Source: a bacterium (GTDB lineage: Bacteria; RBG-13-61-14; DATKZS01). Taken from it: DNA of 12,081 nt. Below the pieces are notes generated by a model that made no database searches, was not told the origin of the DNA, and worked only from the letters and a program-made list of their open reading frames with translations. Both the position numbers and the translations under genes were made by a program. Below are positions 1 to 6,902 of the stretch, one piece after another; within the stretch, counting starts at the first letter, position 1; every line of letters begins with the position of its first letter. The DNA lies in the NCBI GenBank assembly GCA_046484135.1, contig JAWOBU010000206.1:1-12081 (forward strand), read 5' to 3'.

Positions 1-70
1 GAGAGAGCTGGAGGGCTACCGGCCCTATGCCGCGGATACCAGGTACCGGCTCTTGCCGAGGGTCTGGTGA
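1..70 (+). CDS. 3' end (partial) of probable isoprenylcysteine carboxylmethyltransferase/PEMT-family membrane protein
   Basis: Not in ORF track. The frame starting at base 2 reads RELEGYRPYAADTRYRLLPRVW* (TGA 68-70), matching the typical ICMT-family C-terminal pattern EL.GY..Y....RYRLxPxVW*. Only 22 residues are visible. Confidence 0.65.
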   Translation, partial: RELEGYRPYAADTRYRLLPRVW

Positions 71-83
71 AGGAGGTAGTGTA

Positions 84-1232
84 ATGCGAAGGCGTGACTT
101 TGTAAAAGGGAGCGCTCTGGGAAGCGCGGGGCTCTTCATCGGAAGGAGCGCGCAAGCCGGAAAACAGCTCCCGGATTACATGCCCGTCATGGAAGACAAG
201 ATGGAGAGCGGGGAGTACGTCCGACATTACCACGAGCCGGAGATAACCGGGCCCGTGCTCTTGTGTGATCGCAAAGGCGAGCTGAACCCGGAAGCGGTGG
301 GATGGGCAAGACACCCCCTCATCCGGGCTAACCTGCACGGACATTGGCCCCGCAAGAAAAAATGGAACTTCTGGAACTGGATCAGTCCCCGCTTCGTGCT
401 CTCCGTTACCCTGGCGGACATTGACTACCTGGCGTTCTGTACCGTGTCCTTTATAGACTTCAAAACCGGAGAGTCAGTCTCGACCATGGCAATAAAACCC
501 GGCGGCAGCCTGGACATGCCCGAACGGGTGGAGAAGAGCGTGTCCTTCTCCGGCTCGGGTCTTGACTACTCCTTCGACCATAAAGGCGACCATCTCCATG
601 TTGACGTTGACGGCAAAGCTTCCGGCAAACCGGTCCGGGCCGACTTTATCATCAAGAAGCCCGATGGCCACGAGACCCTGAACATCGTGGTGCCCTGGTC
701 GAAAGAGCGTTTCCAGATGAACTCCAAGCACAACACCCTTCCCTGCGAGGGGAAGGTGGTTATAGGCGGGAAAGAGTATATAATGGACCCCTCCGAGTGC
801 TGGGGTGTACAGGACTTCGGCCGGGGGATGTGGCCTTACCGCTCCTCTTGGAACTGGGGAGTAGGCCAGGGCCGGCAGAATGGCGAGCTTATCGGCGTGA
901 ACATGGGCGCCAGGTGGACCACCGGCACCGGCATCAACGAAAACGCCATCTGCAGAGACGGCAGGCTTTACAAGATAATGGAAGACCTGGTATGGGAGTA
1001 CGACTCCGGCGACTGGATGAAGCCTTGGCGCGTTTACACCGGCTACTCCGACATGCTGGAGTTGACCCTTACTCCCTTTTACAAAAGCACCACCGACATA
1101 AACCTCGGCCTGCTCCGAACCGGCGGAACCTGTGTGTACGGCAACTGGAGCGGCGTCCTCCGCTTTCCGGACAGGACCGTAAAGGTAGAGGGCTTCACGG
1201 GCTGGGCGGAGGAGTTCAATCATCGCTGGTAA
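84..1232 (+). CDS. DUF2804-like family protein with N-terminal twin-arginine (Tat) signal peptide
   Basis: AGGAGG at 71-76 precedes ATG 84, so the track start at 27 is too long. N-terminus MRRRDFVKG...AQA. The body has motifs I associate with DUF2804 (G.LNP.AVGWAR.P, KKWNFW, DFGRG.WPY...WNW, G.N.GA.WT.GTG..EN, G..E.F..RW). Confidence 0.75.
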   Translation: MRRRDFVKGSALGSAGLFIGRSAQAGKQLPDYMPVMEDKMESGEYVRHYHEPEITGPVLLCDRKGELNPEAVGWARHPLIRANLHGHWPRKKKWNFWNWISPRFVLSVTLADIDYLAFCTVSFIDFKTGESVSTMAIKPGGSLDMPERVEKSVSFSGSGLDYSFDHKGDHLHVDVDGKASGKPVRADFIIKKPDGHETLNIVVPWSKERFQMNSKHNTLPCEGKVVIGGKEYIMDPSECWGVQDFGRGMWPYRSSWNWGVGQGRQNGELIGVNMGARWTTGTGINENAICRDGRLYKIMEDLVWEYDSGDWMKPWRVYTGYSDMLELTLTPFYKSTTDINLGLLRTGGTCVYGNWSGVLRFPDRTVKVEGFTGWAEEFNHRW

Positions 1233-1314
1233 GAGGGCCGGCTTTTTGAGGGGGCTCGCGTGTGAAGCTCGTGCGTTCGACGTGAAAGGCATGCCGGCTT
1301 AAGAAGGAGAGGCG

Positions 1315-2274
1315 ATGGCCCGGGCCTGTTATATATGCGGCGGACCCGTCCCGGAAAAGGTCAAGGGAAGTTTTTGCTCGAGGGAGTGCTTCGAGACTTA
1401 CAAGCAAAGGAAACAAAAAAGCGCTTCTTCCGGAAACGCTTCTCCCGCCAGCGCGCCCCCTGCTTCAGCCGCCCGGCAAGAAGAGGCCGCCATAGATCAT
1501 CGCGATACGCGCGAAAGCAAAAAAGCGGGGAAAGAGGAGAGTTCGGTGCCTTCCTTTGCCCATGCCGCGGGAAGGTGCGCCTACCGGCTCGAGTCCGAGA
1601 GCTACCTGGGAATCGTTGTAAGCGAAAGACAGCGGTCCACGGCGTCCGGGCACAAGGTGGAGGAGTGGACCCTCAAAGCCCCGTTGGGAAACACCGTTCA
1701 CGTGCCCAAGGACCGGGCCCGGATCGGCGAGCCTCCCGACCGGCCGGAGACCGATCCTCTCCAGGAAGGCCAATCGCGGATTCTGCTCCGCTCTCCCCGG
1801 CTCCGGATGATGCGAGACGCCCCCCTGCGCATCAAGCTCCTGGGAGGGGCATATATCTACATCGGCGCTCTCGGCCTGTGGGCAGGGCTGTTCGGGCTCG
1901 TGTTCCTCCTGTCTTTCTCCGGCCTGTGGGAAAAAGACCAGGGAGTGTACCCGCCCGAGCTCGCCTGGCTGAAGCTCCTGGCCGTCCTGCTTGTCATTCT
2001 TTCCGCGCTCGCCATGGCGGGGGGCTATAAGCTGTTCCGCTTGCGGGCCTGGGCCAGGGCCGCCCTCGAAATAGTAGGATGGACGGCAGTGGCGGCCGGC
2101 ATCATCGCTACCGGCTACGCAATGATAGCCTCCCAGGTCCTGGCGGCAAGCGGGCTCGTCAAGGCCGTCCTCTTTTTCAACGTAATGTTCGCCGCTCTCA
2201 TGTGGCTCGTCCCCTTCCTGGCGCTCCTCCATTTCCTGCGCGAACCGGAAACCCGCAGAGCGGCCCGCCATTGA
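1315..2274 (+). CDS. Hypothetical membrane protein: N-terminal Cys4 zinc-finger-like motif, linker, about 4 C-terminal TM helices
   Basis: AAGGAG at 1303-1308 upstream of ATG. CYICG...FCSREC motif, Ala/Ser/Pro-rich linker, four hydrophobic segments in the C-terminal half. Confidence 0.7.
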   Translation: MARACYICGGPVPEKVKGSFCSRECFETYKQRKQKSASSGNASPASAPPASAARQEEAAIDHRDTRESKKAGKEESSVPSFAHAAGRCAYRLESESYLGIVVSERQRSTASGHKVEEWTLKAPLGNTVHVPKDRARIGEPPDRPETDPLQEGQSRILLRSPRLRMMRDAPLRIKLLGGAYIYIGALGLWAGLFGLVFLLSFSGLWEKDQGVYPPELAWLKLLAVLLVILSALAMAGGYKLFRLRAWARAALEIVGWTAVAAGIIATGYAMIASQVLAASGLVKAVLFFNVMFAALMWLVPFLALLHFLREPETRRAARH

Positions 2275-2554
2275 AGGCATGCCGCAAGAGATGTCCATCT
2301 ACGGGCCCTACCGCCTTCGACTTGCCTGGAAGCAGGATTTCCGCAGGGGAGAGCCGAGCTCCAAAAGAAACGAACCAACGCCGCAACGGTTCTCTTCTTG
2401 TTAAAGAATCTCTTCTCGTCCGTGCTCAAAAGAGCTGTCGCAGCGTCGTGGCGTTTAAATCCTTCTCCCGTGCGAGCGGCTGTAATAAAGGAGTATGCTT
2501 TTCCCGAAACACTGCCGGCGGCTCCACTCGAAAGTGCACAGGAGCTTACTTGCT

Positions 2555-2848
2555 TCAGGCGCACCTCGCGATAAAAGAACAACCTATGATTATGAAGATG
2601 ACGCCGCCTATTAAAAGCTTCCTGCCCACTTCGCGGCGCCGGTCCACCGGATCAATCAGGCTTTTCAGCCGGAGGGCCGGCCCTTTCGGCTCTCCCCCGC
2701 TCATCATGGCCATCAGCCTTACCGCCTTCTCGATGGACTGCGGCCTGGCCCGGTAAACCCCGATGCCTATACCCACCACTATGAGCCCCGCGAGCCACAA
2801 CGAGTTGCCCAGAAAAATCCCGATTATACTTGCCAGCCAGGAAAACAT
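2555..2848 (-). CDS. Small hypothetical membrane protein (97 aa, 2 hydrophobic segments)
   Basis: True start is likely ATG 2848 (MFSWLASIIG...), preceded by AAGGAGAGG on the minus strand, just downstream of the purD stop. The track's extension to 3184 overlaps purD. Hydrophobic N- and C-termini. Confidence 0.7.
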   Translation of the reverse strand: MFSWLASIIGIFLGNSLWLAGLIVVGIGIGVYRARPQSIEKAVRLMAMMSGGEPKGPALRLKSLIDPVDRRREVGRKLLIGGVIFIIIGCSFIARCA

Positions 2849-2880
2849 CTTTGTCCTCTCCTTTTCAACGCCGCCCTGCT

Positions 2881-4155
2881 TTACCTTTGCAGCGCTCTCT
2901 TGCCGATGTCGGTGCGGTAGTACGCGCCTTGCCAGGAAATCTTCTCCACCGCCCGGTAGGCGTTCTCGATCGCCTTTTTGATGTCCGCGCCCTTGGCGGT
3001 AACCCCCAGCACCCTGCCGCCCGAGGTCACGATCCTCCCGTCCTTTATATCGGTGCCGGCTTGGAACACCATGGTGTGGGGAAGCTCCCGGGCATCCTCC
3101 AGCCCTTTTATCTCGAAGCCTTTCTCGTACTTGCCGGGGTACCCTTCTGCGGCCATGACCACGCACACCGCAGGGTCGTCCCACTCGATCCTCATGTGGC
3201 GGAGTGATCCGTCAGCGCTTGCACACGCCTCCAAAAAATCCACCAGGTCGCTTTTCATGCGGAAGAGCAGGGGCTGAGCCTCGGGGTCCCCGAACCGGGC
3301 GTTGAACTCGAGCACGCGGGGACCCTCCGCGGTAATCATGAGACCGGCGTAAAGGACCCCTTGATACGTCCTGCCCATGTCCTGCATGGCCTTGACCGTG
3401 GGTTTCATTACCTCGTCCATGATCCGGCGGTGCATGTCATCCGTTACCACTGCCGCGGGCGAGTAAGCGCCCATGCCGCCGGTGTTGGGACCCTGGTCGC
3501 CGTCGTAAATCGCCTTGTGGTCCTGCGAGCTCGCCAGGGGAAGAACATGCTCACCGTCCGTAAAAGCCAGGAAGCTCGCTTCCTCGCCCTCCAGCTTCTC
3601 CTCGATCACCACCCGGTTGCCGGCGTCCCCGAACGCCCGCTCCCGGAGGATGGTGTCCAGCGCCTGCATGGCCTCGTCCCTGCCGTTACATACCATCACC
3701 CCTTTGCCCGCGGCCAGGCCGTCCGCCTTGACGACCAGTTCTCCGGAAGAGGCCTCCACCACCTGCCTGGCTTCCTCGTACTCCGCGCATACCTTAAAGC
3801 CGGCGGTGGGTATCTTGTACTTGTCCATTATGAGCTTGGCGAACACCTTGGAGCCTTCAAGCTCCGCGGCGGCCCGGGAACAGCCGAAAACCTTGATGTC
3901 CATCTCCCGGAGCCGGTCCGCGAGCCCCATGGTAAGGGGGGCCTCCGGCCCGATCACCACCAGGTCAACGTCTTCCTTGAGCGCCGCCCGGCTCACCGAC
4001 TTTATGTCCTCCGCCGACCCGGGAAGGCACTCCGCCTCCTCTGCGATGCCGGCGTTGCCGGGCAGGCACAACACCTTGTCCACCCGCTCGGAGCGGGAAA
4101 TCTTCCACACCAGGGCGTGCTCCCTGCCGCCGCCGCCCACTACCAGGACCTTCAT
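2881..4155 (-). CDS. purD: Phosphoribosylamine--glycine ligase (GAR synthetase)
   Basis: MKVLVVGGGGREHAL, PGNAG, VIGPEAPL, ELEGSK.FAK, VVKADGLAAGKGV, QDHK...DGD.GPNTGGMGAYSP, LEFNARFGDPE, GGRVL, YR.DIG. Start 4155 is preferred (GAGGA 8 nt upstream); ATG 4164 is an alternative. Confidence 0.98.
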   Translation of the reverse strand: MKVLVVGGGGREHALVWKISRSERVDKVLCLPGNAGIAEEAECLPGSAEDIKSVSRAALKEDVDLVVIGPEAPLTMGLADRLREMDIKVFGCSRAAAELEGSKVFAKLIMDKYKIPTAGFKVCAEYEEARQVVEASSGELVVKADGLAAGKGVMVCNGRDEAMQALDTILRERAFGDAGNRVVIEEKLEGEEASFLAFTDGEHVLPLASSQDHKAIYDGDQGPNTGGMGAYSPAAVVTDDMHRRIMDEVMKPTVKAMQDMGRTYQGVLYAGLMITAEGPRVLEFNARFGDPEAQPLLFRMKSDLVDFLEACASADGSLRHMRIEWDDPAVCVVMAAEGYPGKYEKGFEIKGLEDARELPHTMVFQAGTDIKDGRIVTSGGRVLGVTAKGADIKKAIENAYRAVEKISWQGAYYRTDIGKRALQR

Positions 4156-4156
4156 C

Positions 4157-5344
4157 TTACTCATCCTCTATGTACTCCCTTTTCACCCGCGGTCCCACCG
4201 AGGTCAGTATCTCGTAGGGGATGGTGCCGGCCTCCCGGGCGTGGACCTCTGCGGGTATCTCCGTAAGCGCGTTCTCGGGCTCCCCGAACTCATCCAGCCG
4301 GCGACCGCTTTCCCGGCCCATGAGCAGGACCCGGTCGCCGAGGCGGGCCTCGGGTATGTCGGTTATATCTATCACGGTAAGGTCCATGGTTACCACCCCT
4401 GTAAGAGGCGCCGGCCTTGCCCGTACGGACAAAGGAAATCCGGGCGGCAGTCGCCTGCTCAGCCCGTCCGCATAACCCACGGGCAAAAGCGCGAGCCGGG
4501 AGGGTCTTTTTAGAACGGTCTTCCTCCCGTAAGAGACAAACGCTCCCGCGGGAAGCTCCCTTACCTGTACGATCCGTGTTGTCCACCTCATGACCGGCCG
4601 GAGCTCACCGGGCTCCTCCAGGTCGCTTGCCGGCCTTACCCCGTACAGGCAGATTCCGGGCCGGACCGCGTTCATGGCCGAGCGGGGGTGATAGAATATC
4701 CCGCTGCTGTTGGCAATGGACAAAAGCCGGCAGTCGGGAAAGGACTCGAGTATGGTTTGAGAAAGAAGCCGGAAGTCTTCGATCTGGGCCTCGGTGTACC
4801 GCCGATCCTCTTCATCAATCCCGTCCGCGGCCGGGAAGTGGGAGAAAAGGCCCACGATCTCCAGCCCTTCCATCTTCCGGACCCGATCGCATACCTCGTT
4901 GGCCTGTTCAGCCAGGATGCCGGTCCTTCCCATGCCCGTGTCCAGGTACAGCACCGCCCGGAGGCCTTCGCCCGGCGCTTCGGATTCGATCTTTTCCAGG
5001 TCCGCCCGGTCGGAGATCACCGGCACGAACCCGCGGGCGGCTATCTCCTCGAGCTCTCCCGAGATAAGAGGCCCCAGGATGATGACGCCGGCGGAGCCGT
5101 CTTCAAAAAGACCGGCCTCATCAAGCTCGATTGCCTCTTCCAGGCACGCCACCGCCAGCCACTTTACACCAAAGCCAAGAAGACGACGCGACACCTCGAC
5201 CGCGCCGTGCCCGTAAGCGTCGGCTTTCACCACCGGGATTATCTCCGGCGGTTCAGTGCCCTCCGCTTGCGAGCGCCGCCATATGAGCTCCAGGTTGTGC
5301 CGGAGCGAGGCCATGCATATTTCCGCCCGGGTGGGTCTCGTCAT
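4157..5344 (-). CDS. alr: Alanine racemase (PLP-dependent, fold type III)
   Basis: RPTRAEI start, PLP-lysine motif VVKADAYGHG, DTGMGR.G, SHFP.AD, ANSSG, VRPGI.LYG, catalytic Tyr in VSYG, GYADG, TIPYE. ATG 5344 is preceded by GAGGGAG. Confidence 0.96.
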   Translation of the reverse strand: MTRPTRAEICMASLRHNLELIWRRSQAEGTEPPEIIPVVKADAYGHGAVEVSRRLLGFGVKWLAVACLEEAIELDEAGLFEDGSAGVIILGPLISGELEEIAARGFVPVISDRADLEKIESEAPGEGLRAVLYLDTGMGRTGILAEQANEVCDRVRKMEGLEIVGLFSHFPAADGIDEEDRRYTEAQIEDFRLLSQTILESFPDCRLLSIANSSGIFYHPRSAMNAVRPGICLYGVRPASDLEEPGELRPVMRWTTRIVQVRELPAGAFVSYGRKTVLKRPSRLALLPVGYADGLSRRLPPGFPLSVRARPAPLTGVVTMDLTVIDITDIPEARLGDRVLLMGRESGRRLDEFGEPENALTEIPAEVHAREAGTIPYEILTSVGPRVKREYIEDE

Positions 5345-5520
5345 GAAAGTGTCTCCCTCAAGGGACCGTGGATCATGAATATCACAAGGACCCGTTCCGA
5401 TCAAAAACCTCGCCGCCGGCAACCGGCAGCACTGTTTTGAACTATCGCTCCCCTGGAAACGCCGTGGTTAAATATGAGGCGGCTCAGAAAGGATAAAAGA
5501 AGAATGATTTTATCCACTGA

Positions 5521-5783
5521 GCCCTTGTAAAAAGTCCAATTACAGCCCCAAAGGGGCGTAGGTCCATAGCCCAGGGCGTAAGCCCTGGGTTTGAGAGCAT
5601 AGAACAAAAAAGAGCGCTGAAAGCGCGAGGTAAAATCATCATTATAGAGGGACAACAATACGTTACATCGCCCTTTCAGGGCGAGGTACTTTTCTTGAAA
5701 CCTTTTCCCAGGGCTTACGCCCTGGGCTATAGTACATCGCTCTTTCAGAGCCTAAGAGGCTTGTTTTGACTTTTTACAAGGGC
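5521..5783. mobile_element. Non-autonomous MITE-like element (263 bp) with 16-bp perfect terminal inverted repeats
   Basis: GCCCTTGTAAAAAGTC (5521-5536) and its exact reverse complement (5768-5783). Flanking direct repeat ATCCACTGA at 5512-5520 and 5787-5795. No transposase ORF inside. Confidence 0.8.
5545..5751. repeat. Mirror-symmetric REP-like hairpin array (A-B-A / A'-B'-A')
   Basis: A units (5-bp stem, 3-nt loop) at 5545-5557, 5614-5626, 5670-5682, 5739-5751. B units within a perfect 24-bp inverted pair ATAGCCCAGGGCGTAAGCCCTGGG at 5566-5589 / 5707-5730. Confidence 0.9.
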
Positions 5784-5986
5784 ATCATCCACTGAGCACA
5801 AGAAGTGATCGAAGAGATGACTTACAAAAGCATCGGCTTTTGTGGTCTTATGATGACAGGGGGAGCCCGCGATTATGGGTGCGGGAACCCGCCACCGGCT
5901 CGAGACCTGCCCGCCGGGGCGTTCCTTACTCAGTCAGGCAGGTCTTTGGCACTGCCAGTCCCGTCTTTCTAAAGCGCCCCGGTCCT

Positions 5987-6883
5987 TTATTTTATCTTCT
6001 CGTACGGCTCGCCGTTTTTGCCGTCGGTTTCCGCCCAGGGGTGCAGGGCCGGGTTTACGTGGTCCATGGCAAGGTGATGGAACCCGAGGTCCTTTGCTTT
6101 TTCAAAGTCATCCTTGCTGTCCAGGCCATAGGCGCGTGCCACGAAGCCGGCTTTTTTCAATTCTTGGCCGAAGGGTTTGGGTCCGCGCATGTTGAAGAAC
6201 ACCCGGTCCGGGTTCCGGCTGATGCCACCGGGTGCGAGGTCGGTGCTGACCAGGAAGACGGGGTGCCTGTGCGGGTCGTACCCGGCGCGGGTGAGCTTGT
6301 TCCTGCCGCTTGCCACTACCAGTATGAACCTGCCGCGCAGGGCCGAAAGCGCGGGCCAATGGCATCCGTCCCCGGTTACCGCCTCCTGGAGGTTCGCGGC
6401 CCCGGGGCAGTCGTGCATGAGGTCTGCGGGAGCCTCTATGCTGTCCTCCGGGAGGCCCTCTTTGAGGGCGCGGTAGAGGTCCGCGCCGGAGTGGCCGCTT
6501 TTCTCATGGAGCCCGTCCTTGATGTCGAAGAACACGGTTATAACGTGGTGTCGGGGGTTTTGCCGGTGGAACTCCGCGATCTCGGCGAGGCACTGAGAGA
6601 GTAGCTCGCAGTTGGTCTTTCGGTCAATAAGCTCATGGAAGACGAACCAGTCGCCGGCCGGGGCGCGCTTGATTCCAAGGAGGTCTTTTTTGGCATGCAG
6701 GTCGAACTCGATGGACCGGAAACGGTACTCGCCTAGCTGTTTTTTGATGCCCGCGTCCTTGGCGTAGGAGTTATGGGAGGACTTCCACCTTACCTGGTTA
6801 TAAAAAAGAGGTGAACCGTTGCTTGCGGCAACTGCCAAAAGGGCAAGCGCGACGACCATGAGCTTTACTTTAATAAGTTGCAT
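5987..6883 (-). CDS. Secreted PI-PLC-like phosphodiesterase (Ca2+-dependent phosphoinositide-specific phospholipase C family)
   Basis: Hydrophobic N-terminal signal. SSHNSY, R.IEFDLH, WFVFH, C..L..CL..I..FH..NP.H, D.KD and WP.L..LRGRF are characteristic of PLC-like TIM-barrel phosphodiesterases. AAGGAG upstream, 19 bp after the esterase stop. Confidence 0.8.
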   Translation of the reverse strand: MQLIKVKLMVVALALLAVAASNGSPLFYNQVRWKSSHNSYAKDAGIKKQLGEYRFRSIEFDLHAKKDLLGIKRAPAGDWFVFHELIDRKTNCELLSQCLAEIAEFHRQNPRHHVITVFFDIKDGLHEKSGHSGADLYRALKEGLPEDSIEAPADLMHDCPGAANLQEAVTGDGCHWPALSALRGRFILVVASGRNKLTRAGYDPHRHPVFLVSTDLAPGGISRNPDRVFFNMRGPKPFGQELKKAGFVARAYGLDSKDDFEKAKDLGFHHLAMDHVNPALHPWAETDGKNGEPYEKIK

Positions 6884-6902
6884 AGGGTTTCCATCTCCTT
6901 TC

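Noticed and set aside
27..83. ORF-track start at 27 (and similarly 5422 for alr)
   Set aside because: Start 27 overlaps the upstream gene tail, and RBS plus Tat motif indicate 84. For alr, RBS and family N-terminus indicate 5344.
2079..2756. ORFs 2079-2756 (+), 2115-2582 (-) and 2198-2386 (-) across the 2275-2554 gap
   Set aside because: They overlap better-supported genes, with no recognisable motifs or clear RBS. I found no convincing structure in the gap.
2849..3184. N-terminal extension of the 209-aa minus ORF
   Set aside because: Out-of-frame overlap with purD, Arg/Gly-rich shadow translation. A good RBS exists at ATG 2848.
5401..5658. 85-aa minus-strand ORF
   Set aside because: Runs through the MITE/REP repeats; looks like translated repeat sequence with no RBS or family motif.
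5545..5751. CRISPR array
   Set aside because: Repeats are inverted and of two types, not identical direct repeats with regular unique spacers. No cas genes in the window.
5924..5940. Hammerhead core on minus strand (CTGACTGAG)
   Set aside because: Does not fit CUGANGA spacing and lacks a properly placed GAAA and three-stem junction.
5881..5950. Cobalamin riboswitch (GGGAA...GCCAC...AGACCTGCC)
   Set aside because: AGACCTGCC is explained by the inverted repeat, the intervening conserved core is too short or missing, and no B12-related gene follows.
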